A DNA stretch of 64,000 nt from Epiperipatus broadwayi (GCA_028023455.1 JAQFVV010000007.1:17980001-18044000); one strand, 5' to 3'. Positions 1 to 13,018 are shown, counted from the stretch's first letter. Numbers and translations are program-made. Notes: generated by a model from the sequence alone, not told the origin.

Positions 1-1700
1 TGGGCTAAATTTAACAATAAGTTAATAAAAGATTTTAACAATGTGGGTAGGAAGGATCTTAAAATGTCTTGAAAAGAAATGAAAAAGAAAAACAAGAGAG
101 AAAAAAAAAGAATATTATATACTGAAAAAATACTTATTGAATTTGTAATGAAAATTTTAGTTAAGTTGGTAAATAAATATGAGCTTAATTTATGAAAATG
201 ATAATGAAATGATAGATGCAGAATTGTATAGTGTAATGGGTTGTTTAAAACCAAAAGCAAGAAAATTAGAAAGTATGACAGTTGAAGTAGTAGTAGGTAT
301 GGAAAAGTATGTAAAAGAAAAATTTAATAAAATTATAGTTAATAATAATATTCTAGATAAATGGAAGGCATGAAGATTATTAGATTTTAGATTGTTAAGT
401 AGTTATATTCCTGTTATAACAACTTCCTTAGTCTATAAATTATTTATGCATAATTTAATGAATAGGGTTAAGATTTGTGTGAAAGAAAATATTTTGAGAG
501 AAATCTAGAATGGATTTTATTTATAGGGAGACGGATAAAGCATGATTTATTATATCTTAGTTGGCTAAAAGATCTCATAAAGGAAACAAACCATTATTTA
601 ATAATAAATAACATTTCTGTAGTGTAATTTTCATTACGCAACTCTAATCAATGCAGAGACTGTTTTCTATCCGTTTATGGAGAGATGTAAACATAAACAT
701 ATGACCAAAGACGTGGAAAATATCTATGATTCCCAAGATGCACCTTTTGCGCTGAACCAACACTCATCAGTTAGCCCAGACCACAATCTCTTATAGATAT
801 CTTTATTATTGTTCAGTATATATACGTATAGCAAATTATTACAGTTTAATTGATGTGTCAAATGTGCTGTCCTTACAACTTTGACATAAATCACTTAATG
901 AAAGCATATTAATAACCTTTTATTTCAGTTTTAGATATAGAAAAGGTTTATGATAAGGCGGATAAAAATAGATTGTCGAAAAGCTTTGAAAATACGGAGT
1001 AGATTTAGAATTGTTAAGAATAATTAAGACACTTTTCAAGTAACTAAGGGATAAAATCCGTGGAAGTTAAATGTGGAATGGCTGTTGAAACCGGAATGTC
1101 CATTATCACATTCATTATTTATTTTGTTTATAAGAAAATTGGAGATTGGAAAAGAAAGATAAGAATGAGGTGGATATTTCTATAATTGGAACCAAAAGAT
1201 TATATAATGCATCAAATATTTTTTTTTGGATAATGTTATGGCATTTTTTGCATGCAGTCAAAGATATAGAATTAATATTAAAAAAATGTGGAGAGCCAGG
1301 AAAATGTTAAAATTAATTTTAGTAAAGAAAAATCTAAAATTTTAACATTTAATGGTAAGAGTAAAACTAAAAAAGAATGAAAAATGGTGAAATATTTGAC
1401 TTAAAGAAATGGATGGATAAAGTTATTTACCAACTTTGATAAATGGAAAAAAAGAAATTATACAGCTAATTGAAAATGTGAGGAGGAAAAGAATATGATT
1501 AATTAGAAATATAACATGTTTCTTGTAGATAAAAATGAGGCATGTAAATTTGGAAAAGAATGATGGGGCCACTTGTGTATTGGTCAGAGAAGTCAAAATT
1601 TTATAGGTATAATGCATCAAGTGATGAATAGAGGATAGCACATCTATTCAAGGTGAAATGTGGTGGATCTGTTTTTAATGAGGGAAATCCAAAGTAACTG
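1..1700 (+). mobile_element. Heavily decayed non-LTR retrotransposon (LINE) reverse transcriptase remnant, interrupted by a family R insertion at ~690-845
   Basis: Broken translations resemble successive RT motifs: LVYKLFM (~435-450), DIEKVYDK (~935-960), LKPECPLSHSLFILFI (~1085-1130, GLKQGCPLSP-like), FSKEKSKILTFN (~1320-1350). Many stops and frameshifts; boundaries approximate. Confidence 0.5.
690..845 (-). ncRNA. Family R (subfamily B) retrozyme fragment with decayed hammerhead ribozyme motif
   Basis: Minus strand reads CUAA CUGAUGA GUGUUG-GUU-CAGCGC AAAA GGUGCAU C UUGGG. Helix II is fully paired; the core GAAA is mutated to AAAA, a CpG-type change. Homologous to 45987-46135. Confidence 0.65.
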
Positions 1701-2197
1701 TAAAGTGTTCCGAAAGTTTCAATACATGAATGAAAATTGATTTATAAAAATAGTGTTTAATTGGTTTATGTGGAAAAGACGACAAACACACAAATCAACA
1801 AAGATTTCATAATATGCAAAGGTAAAATGTAGACAATTTATTTCCAAATATTTATTTAAAAGATATGAAATAAAATATGTAGAGAATATATTACAGGTAT
1901 ATAATTATGAAAGAAAAAGAGTTTAGATAAAGGGAATAAAGTAGACTCCTATCTATTTCACTTTATTATTTAACATCCCCATTTCTGTATACAATTTGTG
2001 ATCATTTTTCACTATACTACACTCCCAAAAATAAATTATTCTGTTTCCCATGTCCACATACACTACATCTACATTTCAAATTATTATTTTATTTTAATTT
2101 CTTTTGTGTCTAAAGCTTTTGCTCTTGCATCAAATAACAGTAAACTCATTTTAAAGAAGTATAATAACTACTCTTTCTTATTGCATTGCCAAATGTA

Positions 2198-2411
2198 TAC
2201 CATATAATACTAAATCATCTATACACTTTGCTACTGTTACACAATACTTTATTTATCACCCTCTTTTACAGTTTACAGTTGAAGTTAGGAGATATACAAT
2301 TTCTGAAGAAGATTGCTGGGACAATCAAAACTTTAAACTGTAAAAGTTGGTGGTAAATAAAGCATTGTGTAACAGTAGTAAAGTGCATGGATGATTTAGT
2401 ATTATATGGTA
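2198..2411 (+). mobile_element. Family P hairpin element: ~77-bp inverted arms with an HHR-like motif in the loop
   Basis: Arms 2198-2274 and 2335-2411 are near-perfect reverse complements. The loop holds CTGAAGA (2303-2309), A, GATTG-CTGGGA-CAATC, AAAAC. Confidence 0.7.
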
Positions 2412-4576
2412 AACTCATTTTAGTGTTATCATAAATATTTTCATATTCTATATAATTTTTGTTCTTACATAACTTGAAAGTATTTTTTTTTTTGTCATAG
2501 TAGTTTTCCACAAATTATCGAGCTGGTTTGAGAAAAAGAGTTAGTGTTGTGGAAAATGAATATGAATTTTTAATTTTTTTAATAGAAATTATATAAGAAT
2601 ACAAATTATATGAAATATCAAAGGGTGTATAGGTATCAATGAAGAAAGTTTACTGTTATTTGGTGTAAAAGAAAGGGTTTTAGTTAATAGAGAAAAATTA
2701 GTAGTATATGCAGATAGGAGAGAGTATTGAATATTTATTTTTGGAATGCTTGACATTAAAAATGAATTATGGCAAATTATATTAAGAGTTGAAGAAATTT
2801 AAATGTAAAGAGAGTGAATGACATAGAAATTTTGTAATTTTTTTGTTGAAATCTTTATAATGAAAATAGGATAGTGGAACTACTGATATAACTTTTAGTA
2901 AAATGGGATAAGGTTGAGATAATAAATAAACCAGACTAAAGAAATAATTTGATAATAATAAGTAGGAAATTGATATAACACCAAAAGAAATTTATTGTTG
3001 TTTGGCACAAAGGCAAACATTTTAAATATTAAAGAAAGAAGGCAAAAGTGAAATAAGGATTTGGATTGGAGATGCAGTTTATATGGAAATAAAAGGAATA
3101 CTATTGAAATTTTATTTGTGGAATGAAGAATGTTGAAAGTGGATCAGAATAAATTATACAGTTAGTGGGAAAAACTTAAAAGATAAAGAAAGAAAAAAAA
3201 AAGAAAAGAAATGGAGATTTTTTAAAAATATAATAAGAGAGAACAAAAAAGAAATGAACTAGAACTAGAAAAATAATTGGGTAATAAGAAGTTAGAAATG
3301 AATGATCTTACAACAGTACATAAAGAGTTTGGACTGGAAAAGTATTTAATTTAGCTTACAGGATATCTGGGGCATTGCATATGCACAGGAACTTTGTACT
3401 TAATTTTAAAAAAAAAAACCCATTTTCTATCACATCACATGAAAACTAAGAAAGAAGAGTCATATGATTACCTAGTGATAAATCTGGATTATGAAAATAG
3501 TGCACCACATCAGTCACATTATTCTTAATTGATAAATCTGGACCATGGAAAGTCAATACTATATTAATCATATTATTATTGTTATTATTATCTATTAATA
3601 AGTATGGGATAAAAAGTCCTCAAATGGTTATTGTTTGGGAGTTCATAAGATGTTCAAGCTCTGAAAGTAACCAAAGTTGATTGCAATCCATGAATATTGA
3701 ACCCCAGTTTGCTACTCTGTCACCATACCACATCATTCATGGTAGTTGGGACTATGAAAATACTATACTATATCACTCACATACCTACTCATTATCCATT
3801 AGTTTGGTAATACTTTATCTTACTACAAGATTGTAGTATGATCATGGTAAAGCATGGATCTGTTGCCAGTTCAATGGTTTAATTATTATGTTAGACATAG
3901 AACTTTTAAAAGACATCTAGCAGATCACAAATATTATGAAGAATACCGTAGAGATTCCAGTCGGAAGATAACTCATTAATGCCTTTCTTAAATCATTCAA
4001 TTGCCAACATAGACTGAATCATCACTACTATATGTATAGTTTATAGATTGTTTTTAGTCACAATTATATAAGTCAAAGAATGTCAGAATCTATTTCTGGA
4101 ATAAAGAGTGCTGTGACCATGGGACTTACTGAAACTGTTGATGAGAATTCAGTAATGTCTAAAAAAATTAGATGAAATTATAATTGGTTAAATCTATTGT
4201 TTTAAATGATAGATTGAAAATCAGAATGAAGTTTAGCATAAAGCAAAATGTTCCTGCATCATCTCTTGGCTAAGAAAAATAAATCCTACTACTACCATTG
4301 CTATACTACTATTATTACTACTAAAATTAATAATATCCTCATTCCATTAATAGAAAAGATTCCTGTGCGCCATTGTTAAAAAAATGAAAGATCTAATTTA
4401 CAAACTGTGCTTTATTTGCATATTGACCTTCACTACTACATATACATATTTTAAATGATGCAGTTAGTTTTAGCACTATGATTCTGGCAGCAACCTGCCA
4501 AAAGCTGTTTCAGTACTCCTGAGTCTTACTGTATATTTACTTTTTCATATGAACTTGAACAGTACATGTTTTGTAT

Positions 4577-4624
4577 TAATAATAATAACAATAATAATAA
4601 TGATGATGACAATAATAATAATAA
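4577..4624. repeat. (AAT)n/(GAT)n microsatellite
   Basis: Directly visible trinucleotide run. Confidence 0.9.
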
Positions 4625-5491
4625 CTATTGCATTAATATTAATACATCTTACATATGAGAACCTCTTTCAGAAATTATTATATAAATTTTTTTTGACTGT
4701 TGCCTAATGACAGTATAGCTTCGATGTTTAGAACCACCTTAAATTCAGTAGTCACAACCTAAAGATTATTGATCTACTGCCACTGGTTAGGCCAATAATG
4801 TTTGGGAAAAAAACAGAATAATAATAATACTTGAGATCCCTAAATTTAAAGGTAGAAATCACCAAATTAGTTTGATAATACCATTTGATTTTAAATTCAC
4901 TATTCACAAATCTAAAAAACACTGATTCAATCCTTATGCATTGGTCAGACCAGAAACATCCAAGAAAGAGATGATAATAATATTTGAAACATCTTATATT
5001 AAATTTAGTATTACTGCTTTACTTTAAATTCAGTATTCATGTCTCTTTCTACTGATACAATTCCCAGTTTTACTGCTATCTCTGGTCAGTTTAGTAACAC
5101 TTGAAATAGGGATTGTTATAATAATGCCCATTGAAACATCTTAAATTTATTAATCTGAAGAATAATTATCACTTCAGATTGATGATAATAATACTTGAAA
5201 CTTTATATTCCGTATTTATCTTGTGGTTTGTTAGTGCTACTTCACTTTAAATTCATTATTTCTGATTCTAAAGATCACCACTCAATTTTCATGCTAATTA
5301 CTGTCATTGGTCAGATCAGCAACATCTTAAAAAAATAAAAACAATAATTCCACTGGAAGCATCTTAAATTTACATATCTGAAAACTATCACCAGTGATTT
5401 GGTTCAGTGATATTACCATCCAATACCAGATAAAATATGTTATATAATAATTTGTCTGCTACTATTAATTGTTGAATATACTTGAAAAGTT

Positions 5492-6045
5492 TAAGATTTG
5501 AAATACAGGCTTTCTTATACCTGGAACTTAATTGTAAATATAGGGGATTTCAATTCAGACTTTCAAGCAACTTTCAACTATCCACACCATCTTATACTAC
5601 TGATACACATGACCACATACATGTAGAAAATATAAATAATCACTAATATAGGTATTTCATGCTGAGTAAGCACTCATCAGTTGATCCAGTTTATCATCTC
5701 CCACACACATATATAATCAGTGCTGTTTTTTTTATACTAAGATAGAAAATCTTTATACTTTTATGGACAGCTTTAATCTACTCCAACCCCCAACTTTTCA
5801 GCCATCCATACTATTGAAAATCTGATGATAGAATGCCCAAATCCCATGATGATGCCAATATTGTTGTTATGCCCATGTTGACCTCAATTCAGTCTGACAC
5901 CTCATGTATAGGATGTATCCATTTAAATACACAGAAGAGGGATGGGCAGAATGCAGGCATAATGTATAAGATTTGAAATACAAGCATTCTTATACCTGGA
6001 ACTTAATTGTAAATATAGGGGATTTGAACTCAGACTTTCAAGCAA
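5492..6045 (-). mobile_element. Family R retrozyme-like insertion, ~1.17 monomers with 79-bp terminal redundancy
   Basis: 5492-5570 is repeated at 5967-6045 (period 475). The interior is the reverse complement of the 16545-17965 array unit. The HHR core lies on the minus strand at 5655-5680 (CUGAUGA GUGCU-UACUC-AGCAU GAAA UACCUAU A). Confidence 0.75.
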
Positions 6046-6660
6046 AAAAAAGTTTAAAAGTTTTTATTGAAAAGTTTAACTAAAATTCAATATTTTTAAA
6101 AAAATTTTTTTTTTTTTATAAATAAACGTTTTTAATAGCAACTTATACCCACATATTGACATACATTTAAAAAACTAAAGTTAATTTATGTAACATATGA
6201 TACACAACATTTAAAAATGTAAATGATATAAGTGATGTTTCAAAGTAAATGAATGATTCAAATTAAAATAGTAATATCATATGTATGTGAATGTATAATT
6301 TATATAAAATTGCACTGTTGTATATGCTTTCATTGGATATTATTAACATTGTGAGATGAATCTAAAGTGATGCATTACTCAGAAAAATACTATACTGTCA
6401 AATTTTGCTCACAGTACTTCTAGGTAAGAATTTGATTGCACATACATGTGTATTAAACCACTTTTTATCATTATTTTTAAGAACATATGTTTTATTGTTA
6501 AAATGGTAGAATCAGTGAGAAAACCACATAGTTGTAAGAGTATGAATAATTACAGTGGTTATTATAGGTATGAAGAACTTTAAAGCAATTTCTTAAGACT
6601 AATTATACCTTCATGAAATACAAAAAGGTGTAATGATGAGAAGTATGTAACAGTTTGAAT

Positions 6661-6951
6661 CATCATCAACCATTATCAATCCACTGCAGGATGAAGGTCT
6701 CTCCAGGTTCAATCCATCTTTTCCTATCTTTAGCTTCTCTTCTCCACATCACCCCTGCACACTTTCTTATTTCATCCATCCATCTCACATGTGGTCTCTT
6801 TCTGAGTCTTTTACAATCTCTTGGAATCCAGCTTAAAATTTCAACGGTCCATCTGTTATCATCTCTTCTAGCAATATGTCCAGCCCAACTCCACTTCAGA
6901 GAACAAACAGGTGTTACTGACCTCATTGAAAAAATTAAAAGACTGAAGTGG
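6661..6951 (-). mobile_element. 5'-truncated, 5'-inverted RTE LINE insertion with 12-bp TSD
   Basis: 6661-6899 matches the 3' end of the RTE at 33269-33520, including the (ATC)n tail; 6900-6951 is the next RTE segment in the opposite orientation. TSD AACAGTTTGAAT at 6649-6660 and 6952-6963. ORF 6666-6926 encodes RTE C-terminal KWSWAGHIARR...W.PR. Confidence 0.9.
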
Positions 6952-6989
6952 AACAGTTTGAATATGGTGTATTATATCTTCTACATGAT

Positions 6990-7660
6990 TTTTACACAAT
7001 ATAGAGGATCCAGATTCAATTTAAATCAGTTAATGAGGAAAGTTTTAGTAAGGATTGTAACTAGCAATAAATTAAACAAAAATTTCAATTCTAATTTAGA
7101 AACACACATATTTGATTAAAATCCTGAAATTGGTAAAGTTACACACATAGATATCTATCAGGAATTTTTTTTTTAAATCTCTAAATGAGACCCTAATTAG
7201 ACATTTGATATCATATGGATTCAACAGATTTGTATGCTTCATAACATAATCAATAAAAAGGGAATGACCTGCATATGGAAATAAATCAATAATATAGGTG
7301 TGTGGGTGGGGGAGGGTAGCTTTTAGGATTTGATTAAAATTCTAATATATATTTTAGCCTAATGCTAGAATCAAATGATTGAAGATAAATTAAGACTTCC
7401 TTTATAGATAGGACAGCAAGAAATTGTAAATGATAATAGATTTTAAGTTGATCTCCAAATGTATGACTTTGCTGTAGACCTGAGACTTGTAATGGTAGAT
7501 TTGAAAAGACATATCCATGGGCTATAGAAAACAAATATAACACCAGGAATTGTATTACAAGACAAACTTTTACTGTAAAATAAAGCAATTTTGAGCAGAA
7601 GACATATTTTTGTACTGAATTTTCTGACAATGAGATGGTGCAAATAATGACTTAATTGTA
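6990..7660 (+). mobile_element. Decayed CR1/L2/Jockey-like RT fragment (copy 1)
   Basis: Homologous along its length to 11160-11800; broken translation resembles WIKSFLTDRKQxVxI. Confidence 0.45.
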
Positions 7661-7670
7661 AAGAATGAGG

Positions 7671-7769
7671 ATTGCCAATTCCTCAACAAGCTTTGTGATA
7701 AATGCTTAGCTTAGAGAAAGCATTTAAAATATCTCTGTCAGGACCCATGCTTGTTGAGGAACTGGCAAT
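7671..7769. repeat. Short inverted repeat (21-bp arms)
   Basis: ATTGCCAATTCCTCAACAAGC (7671-7691) versus GCTTGTTGAGGAACTGGCAAT (7749-7769), 20/21 complementary. Confidence 0.8.
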
Positions 7770-9679
7770 TTTCATTGTTTATAACTTACAAGCTTAAGAG
7801 AGCAGGGTCATGTGATCTATGACTCTTATTGTGACTATTTATAATGACTTAATTGTGTCTTAGATAAATTGATTGGAATTCTAAGAAAGGATAAGTTCTT
7901 GTAAAGAATGAAAATAGTTTGCAACCTATAAATAATTGCAACATGGATAACCTGTAAATCCTGTTAGCATTTCGAATTTGTTAAGAGTATGAAGTTCAAT
8001 TCAACTAGATAATTGAAATGACCCAACATTTAATTATCGAATGTAAAAAGTAACTTTATACTTTTTAAATCCTGGTTTATTATATAAACTAATTTCTTTT
8101 TTAACAACCTTATATATATTATATTATAATCTCTCTCCTGCATTTTGATCACTTTTAAGGTCATTTTCAAGGATTATTTCTATAAAATATTATACTATAC
8201 TGCATTACATAAATAGCATAGGAATAAACCTTGAAGATTACCATTAAAATTATCAAACTTATAAACCAGGATTAAAAAGAACAAAAGATATTATAAACCA
8301 GGATTAAAAAATAAAAGGCATGGATTATTTTATGTGTTAAAACTAATGGAATATTTAGGAAAGTAAAAAAGAGAGAAATACTTATTACTAATTATTAATG
8401 GAGTAAGTAATTAGTAAGTTGATCATAATTTTATGGTTCAGCAGGAACTTATTATAACTTTGTAGTAAGATGATGTATTAATATAACCAATGAGTAAACA
8501 TATGATAGATAAAGAATAACCACCTCACATTCCGATCTAATATAGTTAACATAAGGCACTGTACACATAGCCCAGACATATTAGTAGCCAATCATATGGG
8601 TGCTGGACATCACTTTGGTCTTTTAAAAAACTACTCTTACGAATATGAAATTCAGCTAGAGATACAACTATCACTTAATAGCTACAACGATTACTTCTAA
8701 ATTTACAGACTCTAGTAATAAAAGAAGTATCCAAGAGTAATCTTAATAATATTTTTCAAAATAAAATAAACATGTAACATTATAAACAATACTGAATTGA
8801 AATAATCCCAGAAACAGGTTTTCCTCTTTAATTTTGATTATGTCCACTTTTGTTTGTGACTTAATTTAGTGCTGCTATCTTACCATTGGTCATTTTGTAA
8901 CATTTTATCATTTATATAATGTGTTTTATAATATGTTATACCTCAACCATATTTACAGAATTGTTGTCATAACTGGCATTTTTGATAAATATGTCATCTT
9001 ATTTTGATTAATATTATATTTTTAGGTTATTGTTTTAGTTTAAATGTCATTTCACTGTGAATTAACAAAAATTGGTTTAGAATAAATAATATTATTACTA
9101 TTGTGCTATGAATAAGCTAGATGGTAAAATAAGATTCTTAATTATGTCAGAGGTTAATTTGTTAGAATAAATTAGGGAATACTGGGCAATTGAAACTGCC
9201 ACCATTGAGGCTAAAGTGTTGTAATTTGTTTGTAATATTATGTGTGTGTGTGTTTTACTAACATTATTGTGTCTTTGAGAAAAGATATATAAAGTGAACT
9301 CACTCTCCAGTTTTTCTACATACTATAAATCCAATTACATTTTTAGTAAGTTATTACTATTCATACTTCATTAAACATTTGTGGATAATATATATGTTTT
9401 CTCTGTTCAAAGACAGACAGAATTTTATAATCAAGTAAATAACACTTACTCAATCATTATCAGTGGTCATTTGCCATTGTTTGTCACTTTCTTAACACAA
9501 TTTACTCAGAGAATCAAAAAAAATCTTTTGTATTTGAGTTAGCCCCACTATTTCTGTGTTAAATCATTATTAACAAACTTAAATTTAGAATTACTGATAT
9601 ATTTGAACCCATTCAGTTAACCAAGTAAGTTAGCTTGAATATCATAAAAAAGTAAAGCTCACTACTAGAAAACTTATCA

Positions 9680-9845
9680 TTATCAATTTCAAACATTATC
9701 AGTCATTTCAGGATGAAGATCTCTCCATGTTAATTCAGATTCTCTGATCCATAGCCTTTATTTTCAACAATACACCAATAGACTCTTATTTCAACCATGC
9801 ATATGCAATCTCTTGGGATCTAGTAATAAAACATCAAGGCCCATC
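9680..9845 (-). mobile_element. RTE 3'-end remnant
   Basis: CAGGATGAAGATCTCTCC... similar to 33300-33450. Confidence 0.6.
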
Positions 9846-9899
9846 TTTTTTTTTTTTTAAATAAATTTTATTAATAGAAAAATTACATATTTATAAGGT

Positions 9900-10547
9900 A
9901 ATATGAAAGATATTATAACCAAGAACAAAACAAATTAAATAGCCTGAATATACTTTCAATGCATAAGCATCACAATGACGGTTGTCAATAAGTTTGTCTC
10001 AAAACATTTAAGAGATCCATTTTTTGTTAATTTGAACGTTATTAGCTCTTTGATTCATTAAGTATTTATTTTCCACAATAAACCAAACTTCTTTGATTTT
10101 TTGTTTTCTGTCATTCTTTTCTTCGCACATTATTTTAACAATGTCAGGGGCAAACTCACGACTATAAACCTTTTCATGATGAAACAAAGACAAATTTAAG
10201 GACAACAATGACACAACATGAATTAATGTGTAAGAAAGCTAAGATTTATTTAACAAATTTGTTAGTCTTTTATAACTATGGAAATGATTATGGACATGGC
10301 TTTATTCCTGGTATTGTTAAAATAATGTGTGAACAAAGGAACGACTGAAAATGACAAAAATCAGAGAGGCTTGGTTTATTGAGCAAATTGAATACATAAT
10401 AAATCAAAGATCCAACAGTATTCAAATTAACAGAAAATGAATCTCTTAAATCATTAACAATAAACTACAAATTTATTGACAACCATGATTATGACACTAA
10501 TGTATTGATTCAGACTATTCAATTTGTTTTATAGGGTTTTTCATATT
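9900..10547. mobile_element. Penelope-like element remnant: two inverted copies of the GIY-YIG endonuclease C-terminus
   Basis: Arms ~9900-10185 and ~10275-10547 are diverged reverse complements. The minus ORF 10008-10214 gives VKIMCEEKNDRKQKIKEVWFI..MNQ; the plus arm gives GHGF..IVKIMCEQRND..REAWFI. These match the PLE GIY-YIG tail GHxF..vIL.xE.N..KRxIKExxxI..N. Confidence 0.65.
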
Positions 10548-10658
10548 ATTAATAATGGCAGAGTATCAAAGTATAACATCTATATATATTACAAAGAAAT
10601 CAAGTTATATGACATATGACCTAATTTAACAAGCTTGTATTACAAGTGTTTTTATATA

Positions 10659-10841
10659 GAGAGCTCACAAATAAGCTCTTAATAAGCTTTGCAGAATATC
10701 CCCAATCCCAGACCAGTGTCAGCTACTGGCTAATCTAATGCTTGAATATCCTAGCACTTCACTGAGAAATCCAGTAGCAGAAACTGATCTGGGATTGGGG
10801 ATATTCTGTAAAGCTTGTTAAGAGCTTATTTGCGAGCTCTC
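10659..10841. mobile_element. Fold-back/MITE-like element, ~71-bp inverted arms and ~41-bp loop
   Basis: GAGAGCTCACAAATAAGCTCTT...GCTACTGG (10659-10729) versus CCAGTAGC...TTTGCGAGCTCTC (10771-10841). Confidence 0.8.
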
Positions 10842-11159
10842 AATATAATAACATACACACACATACACACACACACATATATATATATATAAGAAAACAT
10901 GGTCAAAACAATTGGTGCTTCAAGAGAAATAAAGAATGATTTGAACTCTAAGAAAGTAATAATATGTACTGTATTTAAAATTTATATAATGTATATATAA
11001 TTGCCTCAGAAGGTAAGCTTGCTTTGGACACTAATAACATTGTGAATTAATGCTGATGGAATGTAAGAATCATAAAAATATTATATTGCCAAATTCTTAT
11101 GAAACAGATTTGAAAGAAGTGTACCATATTTTTTGGATGATTATTACAAAAGATATGAG

Positions 11160-11800
11160 TGGAATCAAATCAGTTAATGAGGAAGGTTTTGGTAGGATTT
11201 TCACCTAACATAAAGTTAAACAGGAATTTCACTTATGGCTGAGAAACATACAAGTTTTGAAATTCAATTTTGTCAGTTGGAAAAGTTGATCATAGATGAT
11301 TATTAAGATATATAATTTTTTAAAATCTTTGAAACAACTACAGATTTGATATTGCATAAATTCAACATATTTGCTGCTGTATGGTATGATCAGTGAAAAC
11401 CAAATGACTTGTATATAGAAGGGAAACAAATAATGATATAGATGGGAGGATAACTTTTATGATTGGATAACTAAAATTGCAATATATATCTTAACTCTAA
11501 TATAAAAGACAGATAATTGAGGTCATTAGATTAAGACATCCTTTACAGATAGGAAACAAGCAGTTGTAATTGATAATAGATTTGAGGATTATCTAATGAT
11601 AGTTTCGAAAAGTTTCAACCTTGGATTACAGAAAACAAGAATATTTTCAAGAATAATATTAGCAATACAAATGTTTATTACAGGATTAGCTTGAAGACAA
11701 TGAGAATTAGGTCTTAAATATATTAAATTGGAATTGCAAGAAAGAATTAAATGGTTTGTATGATGAATGATTTACAAACCTGCTTTATATATCATTAGTA
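11160..11800 (+). mobile_element. Decayed CR1/L2/Jockey-like RT fragment (copy 2)
   Basis: Translation near 11530-11590 gives IKTSFTDRKQAVVIDNRF; homologous to 6990-7660. Confidence 0.5.
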
Positions 11801-12284
11801 TTTCGAATTAGTTCAGAATATGAAAGACAAAAATGTTCCGAAGACCTCTGAATATTACAAGACACCATCAGTGAATGATATCACCTTAACAAATGCTTCT
11901 GAATTAAGAAGAAAAAAACCTTTTGTGCATTTCTCATTTTTTTTGATTATGAGCTTTATATCTATTGCAAATAATAGCTATGCAAGCAATGAGTTCTATG
12001 GAATACCATGGATAGATTTAAAAAGATGATGCAAGACCAACAGGCATAATATATTTTATGGTGGTGATTAAATATCTACTATTAGGCAGATTTCTTATTC
12101 AAGTTTATCAAAATGACCTTGAAATCATCTTGGCCAGCAGCATAATTTGCTTTTGTTTATAAACAAAATTAACTTATGTACTTAAAGGATAGTTTGAGAT
12201 GCATGATCAATTTTAATTATGTAATAGGAAGAGAAAAAGTTTTGAAAGAAATTCAACTAGTTTTTTTTTTCAGAATAATTCTTA

Positions 12285-12486
12285 TAATATTCAACTAAAT
12301 GTTCTGGACATTTATGCAGAAAAATAGTCTTTATGATTTAAACTTAGCATTTATTATTATTAGCATCAATATTTAACATGATATTTTACATAATGAAAAT
12401 GTACTAAGCATGAATAAAAGCCAAGTTTAAACCATAAAGATGACCTTTTCTGTATGAATGCCCAGAGCATTTAGTTGAATATTACA
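12285..12486. repeat. Diverged inverted repeat (~65-bp arms)
   Basis: AATATTCAACTAAATGTTCTGGACATT... versus ...AATGCCCAGAGCATTTAGTTGAATATT. Confidence 0.7.
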
Positions 12487-13018
12487 ATTATGCAGAAAAC
12501 AGAAAACTATCATTGTTTTTGATTTAATGAATAATTTTTTTATTTTTTTATTACCAATATTCATCAGTGAGATAACAGGTAGGTTATTTACTGAGGAATA
12601 TGGAATATATGATTTTTTTCTAAGACAAAATATTAAATTGTTGGAAAGGTTAGATATTTAACATTCCTGTGAACAGAATTTATTATAACATTTATATAAT
12701 TTAGATGCTTGTAAAATTTTAGCTGGAATAAACTAAGCCATCATTAAAGTATGTGATTGCAAATACATGATTTCTTCAATAATTTGTTGCTTTGAAATAC
12801 AATTATTTTGAGGAAGTTGTGTGTTATTGTTAATATAATTGATTGCATTTATGGTAAATTTTAAATAGTTAAGAAGTTCAATATTCACATTAGTGATTAA
12901 CATGAGTATAATATCAGATTAGTAAAGAATTGATTTGCATAATTTACAGTTGTTCTTGTAAACTGTGAAAGATTCAGGATTTCTTTTCTATGCCTAAAGT
13001 TCATAGTATATTGATTGT

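Noticed and set aside
179-373. Short AT-rich ORFs throughout the ORF track
   Set aside because: They lie in decayed TEs or AT-rich spacer, with no domain or codon support.
4780-5460. Faint recurrence of TTGAAACATCTTAAATTT / CATTGGTCAG motifs
   Set aside because: Too degenerate to define a unit or period by eye.
5822-5850. CTGATGA on the strand opposite the family R ribozyme
   Set aside because: No hairpin-plus-GAAA follows, so it is not an antisense ribozyme.
6655-7119. 154-aa plus-strand ORF
   Set aside because: Antisense of the RTE 3' end plus its inverted segment; not a gene.
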